A stretch of DNA of 64,000 bases from an uncultured Verrucomicrobiae bacterium. Lineage in GTDB: Bacteria > Verrucomicrobiota > Verrucomicrobiia > Chthoniobacterales > UBA10450. A program made the translations under genes and the position numbers. Within the stretch, counting starts at the first letter, position 1. The number at the start of each line of letters is the position of its first letter. The notes beneath the pieces are model-generated. The model saw nothing but the letters and a program-made list of their open reading frames with translations, was not told where the DNA came from and did no database searches. Shown in pieces: positions 10,067 through 20,582 of the stretch. The stretch is from contig CAWDGJ010000001.1 of the NCBI GenBank assembly GCA_963801815.1, positions 64,001 through 128,000 of the forward strand. Direction: 5' to 3'.

Positions 10067-11861
10067 ATGGCGAACGCCGGCGCGAAAATCGAAGACTACG
10101 CTTTTCTGAGCGATACCCAGACTGGCGCGCTCGTCAGTCGCGACGGGTGCGTGGATTGGCTTTGCTTTCCGCGCTTTGATTCGGGCGCGTGCTTTGCGTC
10201 GTTGTTAGGCAAGCGCGAGAACGGTCACTGGCGATTTTTTCCGCAGCGAAAAGATCGACAAATTGCGGCGCCGATATCGCGGAGACACTCTGATTCTGGA
10301 AACTGAAATCGAGACGACGAGTGGTGCAGTGCGTCTGATCGATTTCATGCCGCCGCGCGGGAGAAATCCCGACCTCATTCGAATTGTTGAAGGATTGCGC
10401 GGCGAAGTCGCGTTGCAAATGGAACTGATCATCCGGTTCGATTACGGGCACGTTGTGCCGTGGGTGCGGAAGCGTCACGGCGGATTGGAAGCAATCGCGG
10501 GTCCCAACGGTTTGATTTTGCGAACGCCGATCAAGACGCACGGCAAAGATTTGACCACGGTTGCGGAATTTACAGTTAAAAAAGGGGAGCGCGTTCCATT
10601 CGTTCTCACCTGGTTCGAATCGCAAGAGGAACCGCCAAAGCCGGTCACCGCCGATCACGCGCTACGCGACACGGAAGAATTTTGGATGCACTGGTCGAAA
10701 CAGTGTCATCGGAAGACTTTGTGGGATGACGCAGTGTCACGGTCGCTGGTGATTCTCAAAGGATTAACTTATGCGCCAACCGGCGGCCTGGTTGCGGCGG
10801 CGACGACTTCGCTCCCTGAAGAAATCGGCGGCGTCCGAAACTGGGACTATCGCTATTGCTGGCTGCGCGATGCAACGTTCACCCTGATGGCGTTCATGAA
10901 CGCCGGCTACAAGGAGGAGGCCAGGCAATGGCGAGAATGGCTGTTGCGCGCAATCGCAGGCGAGCCTTCGCAAATGCAAATTATGTACGGCGTCCATGGC
11001 GAACGCCGTCTCGAAGAGTTCGAGGTGCCGTGGCTGGATGGTTACGAAAACTCAAAGCCGGTGCGAATTGGCAACGCGGCTTCGCAGCAATTTCAGATCG
11101 ATGTCTATGGTGAAGTCCTGGCGGCGATGCATCGCGCGCAGGTCGAGGGGATTCAAAATGACGAAAGCGATTGGGCGTTGCAGGAAGGTCTGATGAAATT
11201 CCTGGAATCCAACTGGCAGAAACCCGACCACGGGATTTGGGAAGTCCGCGGTGAGCCGCGGCACTTTACCCACTCAAAGATGATGGCATGGCTGGCGTTC
11301 GATCGCGCAATCAAACTGGCGGAAGCCTGCAATTGCGGGGCCAGCGAAGACATTGATCGCTGGAGTAAAATTCGCGAACAGATCCATAGCGAAGTGTGCG
11401 ACCGCGGCTACAACTCCACCAAGAAAGCGTTCACCCAATATTACGGAACTGACGCCCTGGACGCGAGTATGCTCATCATGCCGCTGATTTCGTTTTTGCC
11501 GGCGAGCGATCCGCGCGTGATCGGTACGGTCGACGCGATCCAGCGCGAGCTCGTGCAGGACGGTTTCGTGCTTCGCTACCTGCCGGAGCAGAAACACGTC
11601 GATGGTTTGCCGGGAACTGAGGGCGTCTTTCTCCCGTGCTCGTTCTGGCTGGCAGATTGTCTGCATCTGATCGGCCGAAAAAAGGAAGCGCGGGAATTGT
11701 TTGAGCGCCTGCTGGGGGTGCAGAACGATCTCGGTTTACTTTCGGAGGAATACAGCCCGGCGTTAAAGCGGCAACTTGGAAATTTTCCGCAGGCGTTCTC
11801 GCACGTTTCGCTGGTGAATGCCGCGCTTCTGCTAAGTGATCAACATCCTTCGATCGGCTAG
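10067..11861 (+). CDS. Glycoside hydrolase family 15 (trehalase/glucoamylase-like); frameshift near 10245-10262
   Basis: IEDYAFLSD..DWLCFPRFDS N-terminus in ORF 10067; TTSLPE, RNWDYRYCWLRD, GIWEVRG, GNFPQAFSH in ORF 10263. Confidence 0.92.
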
Positions 11862-12856
11862 CCAATCGAAGCGGGAGTTTTGGACGAATTCGAGGGGTAA
11901 CGAACAGGCGACGGTTTCTTGCCGTTGCGCGTTGGCAAATCCGGGTCAAGGAAGCCGAGTGCATGAGGCGGCTTGATCACGCGCACACCGACGGCGCGTT
12001 GTTGTTCTACAATTTGGTCGCGGAATGCCTGCATTCGCGTCCAATGAACTTTCGGCCGGAAATGGTGCTCGGCGTGGTAGCCGTTAAAAAACCAGATCCA
12101 ATTGTAGAGCTTTTCGTAACTGCTCACGCCCCAGGCCATCGGTTCGTCGGGATTCCCGCCGTAATGACGGTAATACCCGTTAAGGTAGGACAGACAGTGG
12201 CCGAAATACCAAAACGGCAGCAGGAAACAGATGTAGTGCCAGTTGAGAATCCCGAGCGCGATAAAATTGCAAACGAAGAACGTTAATTCCGTGATTCCCC
12301 AAAACGCTTCGCGTCCACTTTTTCGTTTTAACTCGCGGTAAACGGTCTTCGGGTCCTCCCGAAAGAAGCTGAGAAACGTGTAGCTCAATGCGGATTCGGC
12401 TTCACCGTCGTCTCCGTGTTTGTAGATCGAGATCCAATCGATCGTTTCTCCGGATTCATCGGGCCGATCGGCATTGCCCTTATGATGTTGCAGGTGGATG
12501 CACTCGTAAAACACCTGGCTGAATCCGACGGTGATCGATTCAAGAATGCTGAACAACCGGTTGAGCAGGGGCCAACGGAAGTAGGGATTGTGGATGAAGT
12601 TGTGGGAGATGCCGTTGATGTTCCAGGAAATGCTCACCGAATAGATGAACCCAAGAATGAGCATGACCCAGAGAGGCGCCCGCGGGAAAAGGTAGAACAT
12701 TCCGTAGAAGTACGCGCAATGGAGAAGCGCAGCGGCAACCGGGACAATGTCCCAACGGGTGTAGGCGAAAATCTTCGAATCGGTCTGCAATCGTTCCGAA
12801 GCGACGTCTTTCGCTTTCGGTAGCACGGCCACCGCAACCTCAGTTTGGGTCGTCAT
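11858..12856 (-). CDS. Membrane fatty acid desaturase/hydroxylase family protein
   Basis: Three His boxes HNFIHN, HLQHH, YHAEHH plus TM segments. Confidence 0.88.
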   Translation of the reverse strand: MTTQTEVAVAVLPKAKDVASERLQTDSKIFAYTRWDIVPVAAALLHCAYFYGMFYLFPRAPLWVMLILGFIYSVSISWNINGISHNFIHNPYFRWPLLNRLFSILESITVGFSQVFYECIHLQHHKGNADRPDESGETIDWISIYKHGDDGEAESALSYTFLSFFREDPKTVYRELKRKSGREAFWGITELTFFVCNFIALGILNWHYICFLLPFWYFGHCLSYLNGYYRHYGGNPDEPMAWGVSSYEKLYNWIWFFNGYHAEHHFRPKVHWTRMQAFRDQIVEQQRAVGVRVIKPPHALGFLDPDLPTRNGKKPSPVRYPSNSSKTPASIG

Positions 12857-12978
12857 TCAGGGATGGATAAAACCAAGAGCGAATCCGCTCGTTGTCAATT
12901 CTCTTGACGGAAATCGTCCGACAAAATGACCAACGAGGCAATTGGACGAAAGTCCCACATCGCGAGGCCGAAAAGGGG

Positions 12979-13152
12979 TCAGGCCTGGGTGTGACGCGCG
13001 TAGTGACGATCGACTCCCTTTGGCAGGAGGCGTTTTCGGCCTCGTTGGCGACGTCGCGCGAGCGTGGCACGACCGCCTTTGGTTCGCATCCGGGCACGGA
13101 AACCGTGCTGGCGTTTGCGAGTTCTCTTCGAGGGCTGGTAAGTGCGTTTCAT
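12979..13152 (-). CDS. rpmH: 50S ribosomal protein L34 (57 aa; absent from the ORF track)
   Basis: Manual translation [57 protein letters not shown]. Confidence 0.96.
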   Translation of the reverse strand: MKRTYQPSKRTRKRQHGFRARMRTKGGRATLARRRQRGRKRLLPKGVDRHYARHTQA

Positions 13153-13308
13153 AAGGCCGAAAAATACGCTCGGCGCGAATTGAGAGCGGTTACCTTAGGA
13201 TGGAGCAGGGGATTGTCAACGTATCGCCACGGGATATCGGCCTTCCGATTGGCGGACCAGGGCTTCGATTCGCAGGTTGCCAGCGCGCACGATTTCTGCG
13301 AATAAGCA

Positions 13309-13815
13309 ATGCAAAGCAAATTCACGGTGAGCGAAAAAGTAGTCATTGAGCCGGCTACCGAGGCGGATTTGGACGAGTTGTCCGAGATGCTCGGCGATCT
13401 GTTCGCGCAGGAAGGCGATTTTCGGCCGGACAAGGACAGACAGCTTCGCGGCTTGCGATTGATTTTCGAACAACCCAGCCGCGGGCGCGTGTTCGTGCTT
13501 CGTCGCGACGGGGTGATCGTCGGCATGATCAATTTGCTTTTCACGATCAGCACCGCCGAAGGCGGCTTCGTGATTTTGCTTGAAGATTTGGTGGTGCAGA
13601 AAAAATTCCAGGGCCACGGCTACGGCGCAATGTTGCTCAAGCATGCCATTGAATTCGCGCGCCAGAAGAATTTCCTCCGCATCACGCTGTTGACCGATCG
13701 TCCTGAAAACGTGGCCCAGGAATTTTTCCGGCGTCATGGTTTCCACGAATCGACGATGATTCCGATGCGGCTATTGATCACCCCTGAGCCGGACCAATCG
13801 CAATCGAATTTGTAA
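13309..13815 (+). CDS. GNAT family N-acetyltransferase
   Basis: LEDLVVQKKFQGHGYG acetyl-CoA motif; AQEFFRRHGF. Confidence 0.9.
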   Translation: MQSKFTVSEKVVIEPATEADLDELSEMLGDLFAQEGDFRPDKDRQLRGLRLIFEQPSRGRVFVLRRDGVIVGMINLLFTISTAEGGFVILLEDLVVQKKFQGHGYGAMLLKHAIEFARQKNFLRITLLTDRPENVAQEFFRRHGFHESTMIPMRLLITPEPDQSQSNL

Positions 13816-13828
13816 CCGCCGTTCTTAG

Positions 13829-14369
13829 TTACGGAAGAAGGCGGTGAATCGCCCGCCGCAAACGATGCCAGCCGGCGACAATTGGATTAGCCGGCTGCAC
13901 CTGCCGGTGTCGATGCGTTGCCGGTTGATCGTCCTTTACTACCAGGACCAATAAAAGTTGGCCGTTGCCGACTTGCGGACCTTTAATTACCAACGGGCTG
14001 CTGCGGCTCAGGTTCGCGTCCGTTTCGAGCAAAACATCTTTCTCCTTGTAGAGCTTGAGGTTCAAATTGTAACCCGCATCGTTTTCGCCGCGGGCATCGC
14101 ATTGCAGGGAAAAATACTTGCTCGTATGCGAGCCAATCTTCCTCACCGGTCCGGAGGGTTTTATTCGATTGCCCAATTACTTCGAATTGGTTGTAGCCGA
14201 ACAAATCTTTCAGCGTTTGTTCGAACTTGTTCAGCTCCGGAGGGATTGCCGCCGGCTGCGGTACATTTTCGGCGATCACGAGTCCACTCCAAACGGCGTG
14301 GGCCGCGTCAGCCGACACCAAGCCCACTGCCAACATCACCACCACTGCGATAAGCAGGGGCCTCAGCAT
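13829..14369 (-). CDS. Secreted hypothetical protein, third gene of the ECF unit (frameshift near 14125)
   Basis: Signal peptide in ORF 13983..14369 continuing into SKYFSL..SPLVIKGPQVGNGQLLLVLVV in ORF 13829..14176. Confidence 0.7.
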
Positions 14370-14376
14370 TTTAAAT

Positions 14377-14895
14377 CTATTTCGCTGCGTAGTCGGACGG
14401 AAGCGATTGGAGTCCTTCGGTCCACAGCACCGTTACCTTGTTATCGTTCTTGCTTTCGAAGATCGAGATCGTGGCGTTCGGATTTGCCGCCGGATCAACC
14501 CGCGAATTCAGAATTTGCGTCAGATATTCCGACTGTTCACCCGGTTGATTCTGGCGGAGGATCGCCACGGCGCAGACTAAAAACAACACCAGCGCGGTCG
14601 CTCCCGACCAAACCAGTCGCGGAATTGTCCACCAGGTCGATCCTGCGCTGCCGCGCGAACGGTCCTCGGTTGTTTCTCGCGCGATACGGTCGCGAAGTTG
14701 ATGACTGAAGAACTCCTCGTTGCTCAAAGCCTGGGCTCCGAGCTCTTTCTTCAAGAATGCACCGAGCTTTTGGGCGTCGCGCTTTTCTGCTTCTGCCGTT
14801 GCCAAGTCCGGCAACGACGCTTCGAATTCAGTTAATTCCCGGCCGCTCAATTGGCCGTCGAGCCAGGCAGTCCATTTTTCTTCAAACGTTTTCAT
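14377..14895 (-). CDS. Anti-sigma factor-like single-TM protein
   Basis: AWLDGQLS..E..EFE N-terminus, one TM helix, overlaps the sigma gene end. Confidence 0.75.
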   Translation of the reverse strand: MKTFEEKWTAWLDGQLSGRELTEFEASLPDLATAEAEKRDAQKLGAFLKKELGAQALSNEEFFSHQLRDRIARETTEDRSRGSAGSTWWTIPRLVWSGATALVLFLVCAVAILRQNQPGEQSEYLTQILNSRVDPAANPNATISIFESKNDNKVTVLWTEGLQSLPSDYAAK

Positions 14896-15493
14896 ACACG
14901 TCCTTCAGGGTGTTTTGCAATTTCTTGCGGGCATAAAACAGACGCGACATCACGGTGCCGATGGAGCAACCGAGGCTCTCAGCGATCTCGTGATATTGCA
15001 TCTCTTCAATTTCTTTCATCAAAATTACCGCGCGATGTTCGGGCGAAAGCTGCGCGATCGCCTGGTCGATCCGCGCCCGGATTTCGCTTCGCTCCATCTG
15101 TTGATGCGGAAGCGGATCCGCTTTCGGCACGGTCTTGGACGCAGGATCGATCTCCTTGAGTTGAATCGCGTCATCGAACTCCGCTCCGCCAGCTTTGATT
15201 TGTTTTTTTCGCAACCAGTCGATGGTCACGTTCATCACGATTCGGTAAATCCAGGTGTAAAACGACGATTTGCCGCGAAAACGCCCGATCGATTTCCAGG
15301 CTTTGACAAAGCTGTCCTGCGCCAGGTCCCAGGCGTCCTGCTCGTTGTGGACCATGTTGTAAATCATAGCGAATACTCGTGTTCGGTAGCGGGTCACCAG
15401 CTGGTCGAATGCCTCGGAATCACCGGCCTGGCACTGTTTCACCAGGTCCAGTTCCGACACATCGGCTTGGGCCGGAGTCGCTTCCGTTTGCAT
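14882..15493 (-). CDS. ECF (sigma-70 family, RpoE-like) sigma factor
   Basis: DAWDLAQDSFVKAW, SFYTWIYRI, EIAESLGCSIGTVMSRLFYAR. Confidence 0.95.
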   Translation of the reverse strand: MQTEATPAQADVSELDLVKQCQAGDSEAFDQLVTRYRTRVFAMIYNMVHNEQDAWDLAQDSFVKAWKSIGRFRGKSSFYTWIYRIVMNVTIDWLRKKQIKAGGAEFDDAIQLKEIDPASKTVPKADPLPHQQMERSEIRARIDQAIAQLSPEHRAVILMKEIEEMQYHEIAESLGCSIGTVMSRLFYARKKLQNTLKDVYENV

Positions 15494-15521
15494 ATTTCGA
15501 CGGAACTGGCGCCTATTTCAT

Positions 15522-16187
15522 TCAACTCCGATAACCTTCGGAGCCGAAGCGGCGTCGCCATTCGCCGCGGTATTCGCCCATTAGGGTGATGATGCCGTCA
15601 CGCACCTGAAAAAGTCGTTGCTGGAGAACGGAATACTGACGGGCGCCAATCAGCTTCTCCGACACCAATTTTGCTCGCCGAATCCAACGAGATCGTGATC
15701 GCCTTTAGCGCCCGTTTCAGATACGCGATCGTCATTCCGAGTTCGTCGACGTCGTCATCGCTTAACGCCGCCGCGAGTTTGGCACTGGCCAGTGCTGCGT
15801 GGGTGGCCAACTTAATCGCCGCCGGTTCATTCTGGAGAGACGCGTTTTGGTCGAACAGCTTGTCGATCCAAACCGTCAGCGCGAAGGCGGCACGGTAAAG
15901 GACGTGGTCTTCGAACGATTCGGTTGGCCTTTCGGCTTCCGCAACGCCTTCGTCCTGCCCTCGCCAATCTTCGTCCAGCAGCGCGTCGACTTTGGCGCTC
16001 CAGTCGTCCGCGTCGAGGACTGCGTCCAACCCATTTCGCGCGCGATGATTTCGTCGCGGTTCGGATCATCAATGTATTTCTCCAGCAGCTCCATGTACTT
16101 CTCGGTCCGCTGGTCCTGCTGTTGAAGGAACCGTTCCCAGTCGTATTCGTCCCAAATCCCTTCCGGTCTCCGATCGAAGTCGGACAT
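15522..16187 (-). CDS. Conserved-looking helical hypothetical protein (frameshifts near 16020 and 15670)
   Basis: WDEYDWERFL N-terminus, ELGMTIAYLKRALKA core, shifted-frame C-terminus QQRLFQVRDGIITLMGEYRGEWRRRF. Confidence 0.65.
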
Positions 16188-16237
16188 GGGATGACTAAAC
16201 GCCAGCTTGAGTGCGGGCGCAAAAGAATTTCCGCGAT

Positions 16238-17320
16238 CTACGAAGTCGTAGATTGTAGTTCGCGTTTGGTTTGCAAACGCAACTGTCCGCAGGCCGCCTC
16301 AATGTCGTGTCCTTTTTCACGGCGAAGGGTGGCGGCAACTCCGCTGGCCCGGAGAATCGAGAGAAATTGCTCCTGTTGTTCTGGTGACGGTCGCGACCAT
16401 GGCAGTCCGTGAACGGTGTTATAGGGGATTAAATTTACTTTTGCTTCGAGGCGGCGCGCAATTCGGCCTAGATGTCGCGCTTGGTCCGGCGAATCATTGA
16501 CGTTCGCGATCAAGATGTATTCAAACGTGAGCCGCTGTTTCTTGTGCTTGGCGTAGTAATCGCAGGCTGCCAGCAGCGTTTCCAAATTGTAACGCCGATT
16601 GATCGGCATGATTTGATTACGCACGTCGTCAGTTGCGCCATGCAACGAGATGGCCAGCCGGATTTGAAGTTTCTCGTCGGCCAATTGACGAATTTGTGGC
16701 GCCAAACCACTCGTCGAAACCGTGATGTGCCGTGCCCCAATCCCGAGCCCCCACGGCGCATTGATGATTCGGATGGCCCGAATCACATTGTCGAGGTTCG
16801 CCAGCGGCTCGCCCATTCCCATGAACACGATGTTGTCGATCTTTTCTCCGCTCTCGCGCTCAATTGCGATGACTTGATCGACGATTTCGTTTGGCTTGAG
16901 GTTCCGGCTGAATCCTTCAAGGCCGCTCGCGCAAAATTTGCAGCCGTAGGCGCACCCAACCTGCGTTGACACGCAGATCGTTCGCCGGTCGGATCGCGAT
17001 CCGTAAAGCGCCGGTGAAGCCGGGATCAAAACCGTTTCGATCAAACTTTCATCGCTCAGTCGAAACAGAAACTTGCGCGTCGTGTCATGGGACCCGAGGG
17101 CGCGGACAATGTCGGTCTTGCTGAACTCGAACTGCTCCGCCAGTCGAGCGCGGAATTCGCGCGGCAGATCGGTCATTTCGTCGAACGATTGGACGCGCTT
17201 TTGATACAGCCAGTCGGCGATCTGGCGCGCGCGATAACGCGGTTCGCCAAGGTCATGGGCGATTTCCTCCAGCTCGCCGAACTGGAGCGATTTGATATCG
17301 GTCTTCGCGTCCTTGATCAC
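16238..17320 (-). CDS. rlmN: 23S rRNA (adenine(2503)-C2)-methyltransferase, radical SAM
   Basis: CVSTQVGCAYGCKFC, FMGMGEPL, VNLIPYN, DIEAACGQL. Confidence 0.96.
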   Translation of the reverse strand: MIKDAKTDIKSLQFGELEEIAHDLGEPRYRARQIADWLYQKRVQSFDEMTDLPREFRARLAEQFEFSKTDIVRALGSHDTTRKFLFRLSDESLIETVLIPASPALYGSRSDRRTICVSTQVGCAYGCKFCASGLEGFSRNLKPNEIVDQVIAIERESGEKIDNIVFMGMGEPLANLDNVIRAIRIINAPWGLGIGARHITVSTSGLAPQIRQLADEKLQIRLAISLHGATDDVRNQIMPINRRYNLETLLAACDYYAKHKKQRLTFEYILIANVNDSPDQARHLGRIARRLEAKVNLIPYNTVHGLPWSRPSPEQQEQFLSILRASGVAATLRREKGHDIEAACGQLRLQTKRELQSTTS

Positions 17321-17418
17321 TTTGAAAGTTACGGGAATTACCCTTTTCCAGCAATCCCGCCGGCGATGCGATTTTTTGTGGAGAAATGTCGTGAGCTGAT
17401 TAAGGTTTCGCCTCGCTG

Positions 17419-17602
17419 ATGAAATACTTCTCGATGTTAGCGCATTCTCGCCGCCGTGGCTTGCCTGCTCAATGGTTGCGCCACTACCGACACAGCTTCT
17501 ACTTCAACCGGGGAAAAGGTTCCTGGCGAAGTAAAGAGTGACGAGGAAAGCCGGCTCCAGCCCGGTGCCGGCGCCGGACCAAACGCCAGCGTGAAATGGT
17601 GA
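17419..17602 (+). CDS. Small lipoprotein (apparent frameshift near 17445)
   Basis: MKYFSMLA then shifted frame ILAAVACLLNGC-ATTDT...GPNASVKW; lipobox LNGC. Confidence 0.55.
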
Positions 17603-17636
17603 TTTGCCGTTTCAGCTGAACATTTGAATTGCGGCG

Positions 17637-18365
17637 ATGGCCAAATCGCGAACGCCGCTTACGATTGGCTGGGACGCCGCGCGCGCAAACGCGAAACCGG
17701 CACTCATCATTCAGGCGATCATGCTTGCGTTGGCGATCGCTTATTACACAAACCCGGCGACTTCGAATGCGCTTCGCAGTCTGGCAAAATTCAAGCAGGC
17801 TCACGGGCTTGTTTTTGTGATTGCCGCATCGGTCCTCGCCGGCGCGATCATTCCCGAGATCTTTTTGATTCTGTTTTTCCAACGAGGGCGACCACAGCGC
17901 GTAAACCTGCGCAATCTTGCGTTCACAATCCCGGTTTGGGGATTCGACGGTTCACTGGTGGATCTTCTTTATCGCGCGGAAGCGCATCTGCTGGGCGACG
18001 TCGCTGCGGCGCCGGTGGTGCTCGGGAAAATTTTGATCGATCAGTTTGGCTACAACGTTTTTTTTGCCGCGCCATTCGGTGTTCTAACCTACGAGTGGAA
18101 AAACAGCGGCATTTCGCTGCAACCTGTGCGCGACCTCTTCACCTGGCGGCATTACCGCGACAAAATCTTTCCGACGCTGCTTGCCACCTGGGCGGTTTGG
18201 ATTCCGCTAATGGCGATCATTTATTCGTTGCCGCTCGTGCTCCAGTTCCCGCTTTTCGGCCTGGCGCTTTCGTTCTGGGTGCTGCTGCTGACCTACATGA
18301 CGAACCGCTTCGCCGGAAAAGTCGAAGCCGATGCGCCGATTGCGCTGGCGACGATGAAATTGTAG
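17637..18365 (+). CDS. Multi-pass membrane protein, Mpv17/PMP22-like
   Basis: KILIDQFGYNVFFAAP and WAVWIPL..IIYSLP..LQ motifs, several TM helices. Confidence 0.7.
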   Translation: MAKSRTPLTIGWDAARANAKPALIIQAIMLALAIAYYTNPATSNALRSLAKFKQAHGLVFVIAASVLAGAIIPEIFLILFFQRGRPQRVNLRNLAFTIPVWGFDGSLVDLLYRAEAHLLGDVAAAPVVLGKILIDQFGYNVFFAAPFGVLTYEWKNSGISLQPVRDLFTWRHYRDKIFPTLLATWAVWIPLMAIIYSLPLVLQFPLFGLALSFWVLLLTYMTNRFAGKVEADAPIALATMKL

Positions 18366-18412
18366 CGGCGGTCTATGACCGCCGGCGGGCGATTGAGGTC
18401 AATCGCCCCTAC
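18362..18412. repeat. GTAG-type REP doublet
   Basis: gtag-cggcggtc-tat-gaccgccg ... gggcgattga-gg-tcaatcgccc-ctac; the GTAG supplies the stop of the upstream gene. Confidence 0.75.
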
Positions 18413-18466
18413 CTAGGAAATGCTGCAGCGCTTCGCGCACGCCCGCGCGAAGTTCGCGCTTTCCGT

Positions 18467-18574
18467 TAACACCGCGCTTCAGCGCGGTGGGCGCGTCGTC
18501 ATTCGCGATGAGAAACCGTTTAAACGGTTTTCCGTTCCGGAAAGCCGAAATCACCGGGCTGAAGCCCGGTGTTA
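18467..18574. repeat. Composite REP/MITE-like element with three palindromes
   Basis: taacaccgcgcttcagcgcggtg ... aaaccgtttaaacggttt ... caccgggctgaagcccggtgtta; terminal inverted repeats taacaccg/cggtgtta. Confidence 0.75.
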
Positions 18575-19352
18575 CCCCAGGAAATGTTCCAGCGCTTCGC
18601 GAACGCCGGCGCCATGTTCGCGTTTCGCGACGTAGCCGCCGGCGTTGCGCACTGCCGTTTTCACTTCTTCGATCGCGTTTGCCGGACACGCCGGCATCGC
18701 CGCGACTTCGCCGTTCAACATTGAGATGTCGTTATGATGATCGCCCGCGGCGAAAATATTTTCGCGCGGAACGTCGGTTAAGCGCGCCAGCTCGACCAGA
18801 GCGGCGCCTTTGTGATAATCCGCATGGCAAAATCGAAGGTAAATAGTGTTGCGCTGATAATGGAGCTTCGATTCCTGGTTGCACGCGTTTTCAATGAACT
18901 CAACAATGCGGTGCATCTCTTCCTCGTTTGCGGCGCGCAAACCCTCCAGTCCTTCGGTGTGATAAAGGAGCTGCGCCTTTGTTTTTTGGCTCACAAAATC
19001 AACCACCTCGGCGAGGACCGATTGAGACGACGGAAAACAATTCGGCGTGATCGCGCGCGCAGCGTTCGTTCCAATCGCCGAACGGCTCCCATTTCTCGCC
19101 GTTCGTTCCCGGGCGGAACACTTCGCGCTCAGTGGTAAGAATGAAATCCGGTCGAATTGGAAATTCAAAATCGGTAAGGCCGGATTCGAGCAACTCCACG
19201 GACCGTCCGGTGTTAATGGCCCAAATAGCGCCGTCCTTCTGCAGTTCGCGAATCAGGTCGACGCAATCGTGATCCAAAACCGGCTCGCTCACGTGTGAAA
19301 CCATCGTGCCGTCGAAATCGATACTGAGAAGTTTGATTCGCTCCAAGTTCAA
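18572..19352 (-). CDS. HAD-IIB family hydrolase (frameshift near 19025-19045)
   Basis: LLSIDFDGT, INTGRS in ORF 18999; HKGAAL, AAGDHHNDISML in ORF 18572. Confidence 0.88.
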
Positions 19353-19410
19353 ACACTTAACTTAGGAATTGATTTGCCAAACGCAACGCGGGAAGCAGTT
19401 CCGCCTCGGA

Positions 19411-19538
19411 AAATTCGAAGTCCGAAACTCGAAATCCGAAACAATTTCGAAATCCAAATACTCAAACGGCGCGCGACCCTTTCTGACCATTTGGTCATTC
19501 GTACTTGTTTCGAGTTTCGATATTCGGATTTCGAATTT
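19411..19538. repeat. Inverted array of 7-bp repeats (aaattcg/aaatccg type)
   Basis: aaattcg aagtccg aaactcg aaatccg aaacaa ... ttgttt cgagttt cgatatt cggattt cgaattt. Confidence 0.8.
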
Positions 19539-19607
19539 ATGCATGAGTACGATCTAGATTAAGAGTAAGGTTGAGAGTAAGAGCAAGAACACGACCAAGA
19601 GTTTGAA

Positions 19608-19889
19608 ATGAAATCGGCCTACGAGTTGGCGATGGAGCGACTGGCAAAAAATCAGCCGATTGTCACCCTGACCGAAGACCAGAAGAAACAGCTCGCCGAG
19701 ATCGATTCCCAATTCAAAGCCCGGATCGCGGAGAAGGAGCTTTTCCTCAAAGGCGAGATCGCCAAGGTGCAGTCGGGAGGAAAATTCGAAGAAATCGAAT
19801 CACTTCAAAAACAGCTGACATCTGAAATCAGACGGTTACAGGAAGATTGCGAAGCGAAGAAAGAAAAACTCCGCGCGAGCTTCAAGTAG
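19608..19889 (+). CDS. Hypothetical coiled-coil protein
   Basis: 93 aa, MKSAYELAMERL start, typical codon usage. Confidence 0.75.
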   Translation: MKSAYELAMERLAKNQPIVTLTEDQKKQLAEIDSQFKARIAEKELFLKGEIAKVQSGGKFEEIESLQKQLTSEIRRLQEDCEAKKEKLRASFK

Positions 19890-19978
19890 GGTGGATCGAG
19901 CGCTCCGCGCTCGATGCTAAAAGTGGGCGGCGGAGCCGCCATTTGTTTTAACATCGCCCGCGGAGCGGACGATTCACC
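19890..19978. repeat. GGTGGATCG-type palindromic repeat, copy 1
   Basis: ggtggatcgagcgctccgcgctcgatg ... gcggagcggacgattcacc; homologous to 23878-23980 and 21142-21171. Confidence 0.8.
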
Positions 19979-20011
19979 TTGCCGCAGAGCCACCTGCAGT
20001 TGGCCAAATGC

Positions 20012-20344
20012 TTAGGGCGTTTGTATAAACCCAATCAGATTGCCCTCTGCATCTTTTGCAGTTGCGACCAGTTTACCGCCCCCGACGTCTTTCGCTGCTT
20101 GCTGCGTTTGTCCGCCAGCATCGAGGACCTGCTGGAGACTGTTCTTGATATCGCTTACGTGCAAGAACGCCACCGGACCGGGCTGCTTGTTAGGAGTCAG
20201 GCCGATTTCTTGATCGCCGACCTTAAAGCCGACGTAATAGGGGCTGTCGACATATGGCTCGACGCCCAGAAGTTTCGTGTAGAGCGCCTTTGCTCGGGTC
20301 ATGTCGGTGGCTGAATAGAGGATCGTTTTGATACCTTGGTTCAT
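20012..20344 (-). CDS. VOC/glyoxalase family protein (cassette-like)
   Basis: AKALYTKLLG, KDVGGGKLVATAKDAEGNLIG; begins just after the attC GTTAGGC. Confidence 0.88.
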   Translation of the reverse strand: MNQGIKTILYSATDMTRAKALYTKLLGVEPYVDSPYYVGFKVGDQEIGLTPNKQPGPVAFLHVSDIKNSLQQVLDAGGQTQQAAKDVGGGKLVATAKDAEGNLIGFIQTP

Positions 20345-20393
20345 TTGCGTGTTCCTGGCTTTATTCGTGTTTGTGTTGGAAATTAACGAAATC

Positions 20394-20517
20394 GCCTAAC
20401 GAGACGGAGCTGAGCCATCGCTGGCGGCGGCGAACGTGGTAAGCATCGAGAAGTGTTTCATGAAATTAAATGTGGACTTCACAGCGGCCAGCGGTTGGCT
20501 CCAGCGATTGGTTAGGC
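20394..20517 (-). mobile_element. Integron attC site (124 bp), no integrase in window
   Basis: Minus strand GCCTAAC-caatcgctggagccaaccgctggc ... gccagcgatggctcagctccgtctc-GTTAGGC: complementary RYYYAAC/GTTRRRY ends and an inner imperfect palindrome. Confidence 0.8.
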
Positions 20518-20582
20518 TCGGAGAAGAAGCCGGCGGTAACCGATCTGGAGCAAAGCCATCCGGACTTTGGCGAGTTTGTCTT

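Noticed and set aside
18412..18626. DGR-like template/variable repeat pair
   Set aside because: Mismatches are not adenine-specific, the repeat is only about 51 bp, and no reverse transcriptase is present
19362..19562. Short ORFs with FEIRISK-type periodic peptides
   Set aside because: Translation artefacts of the heptamer repeat array
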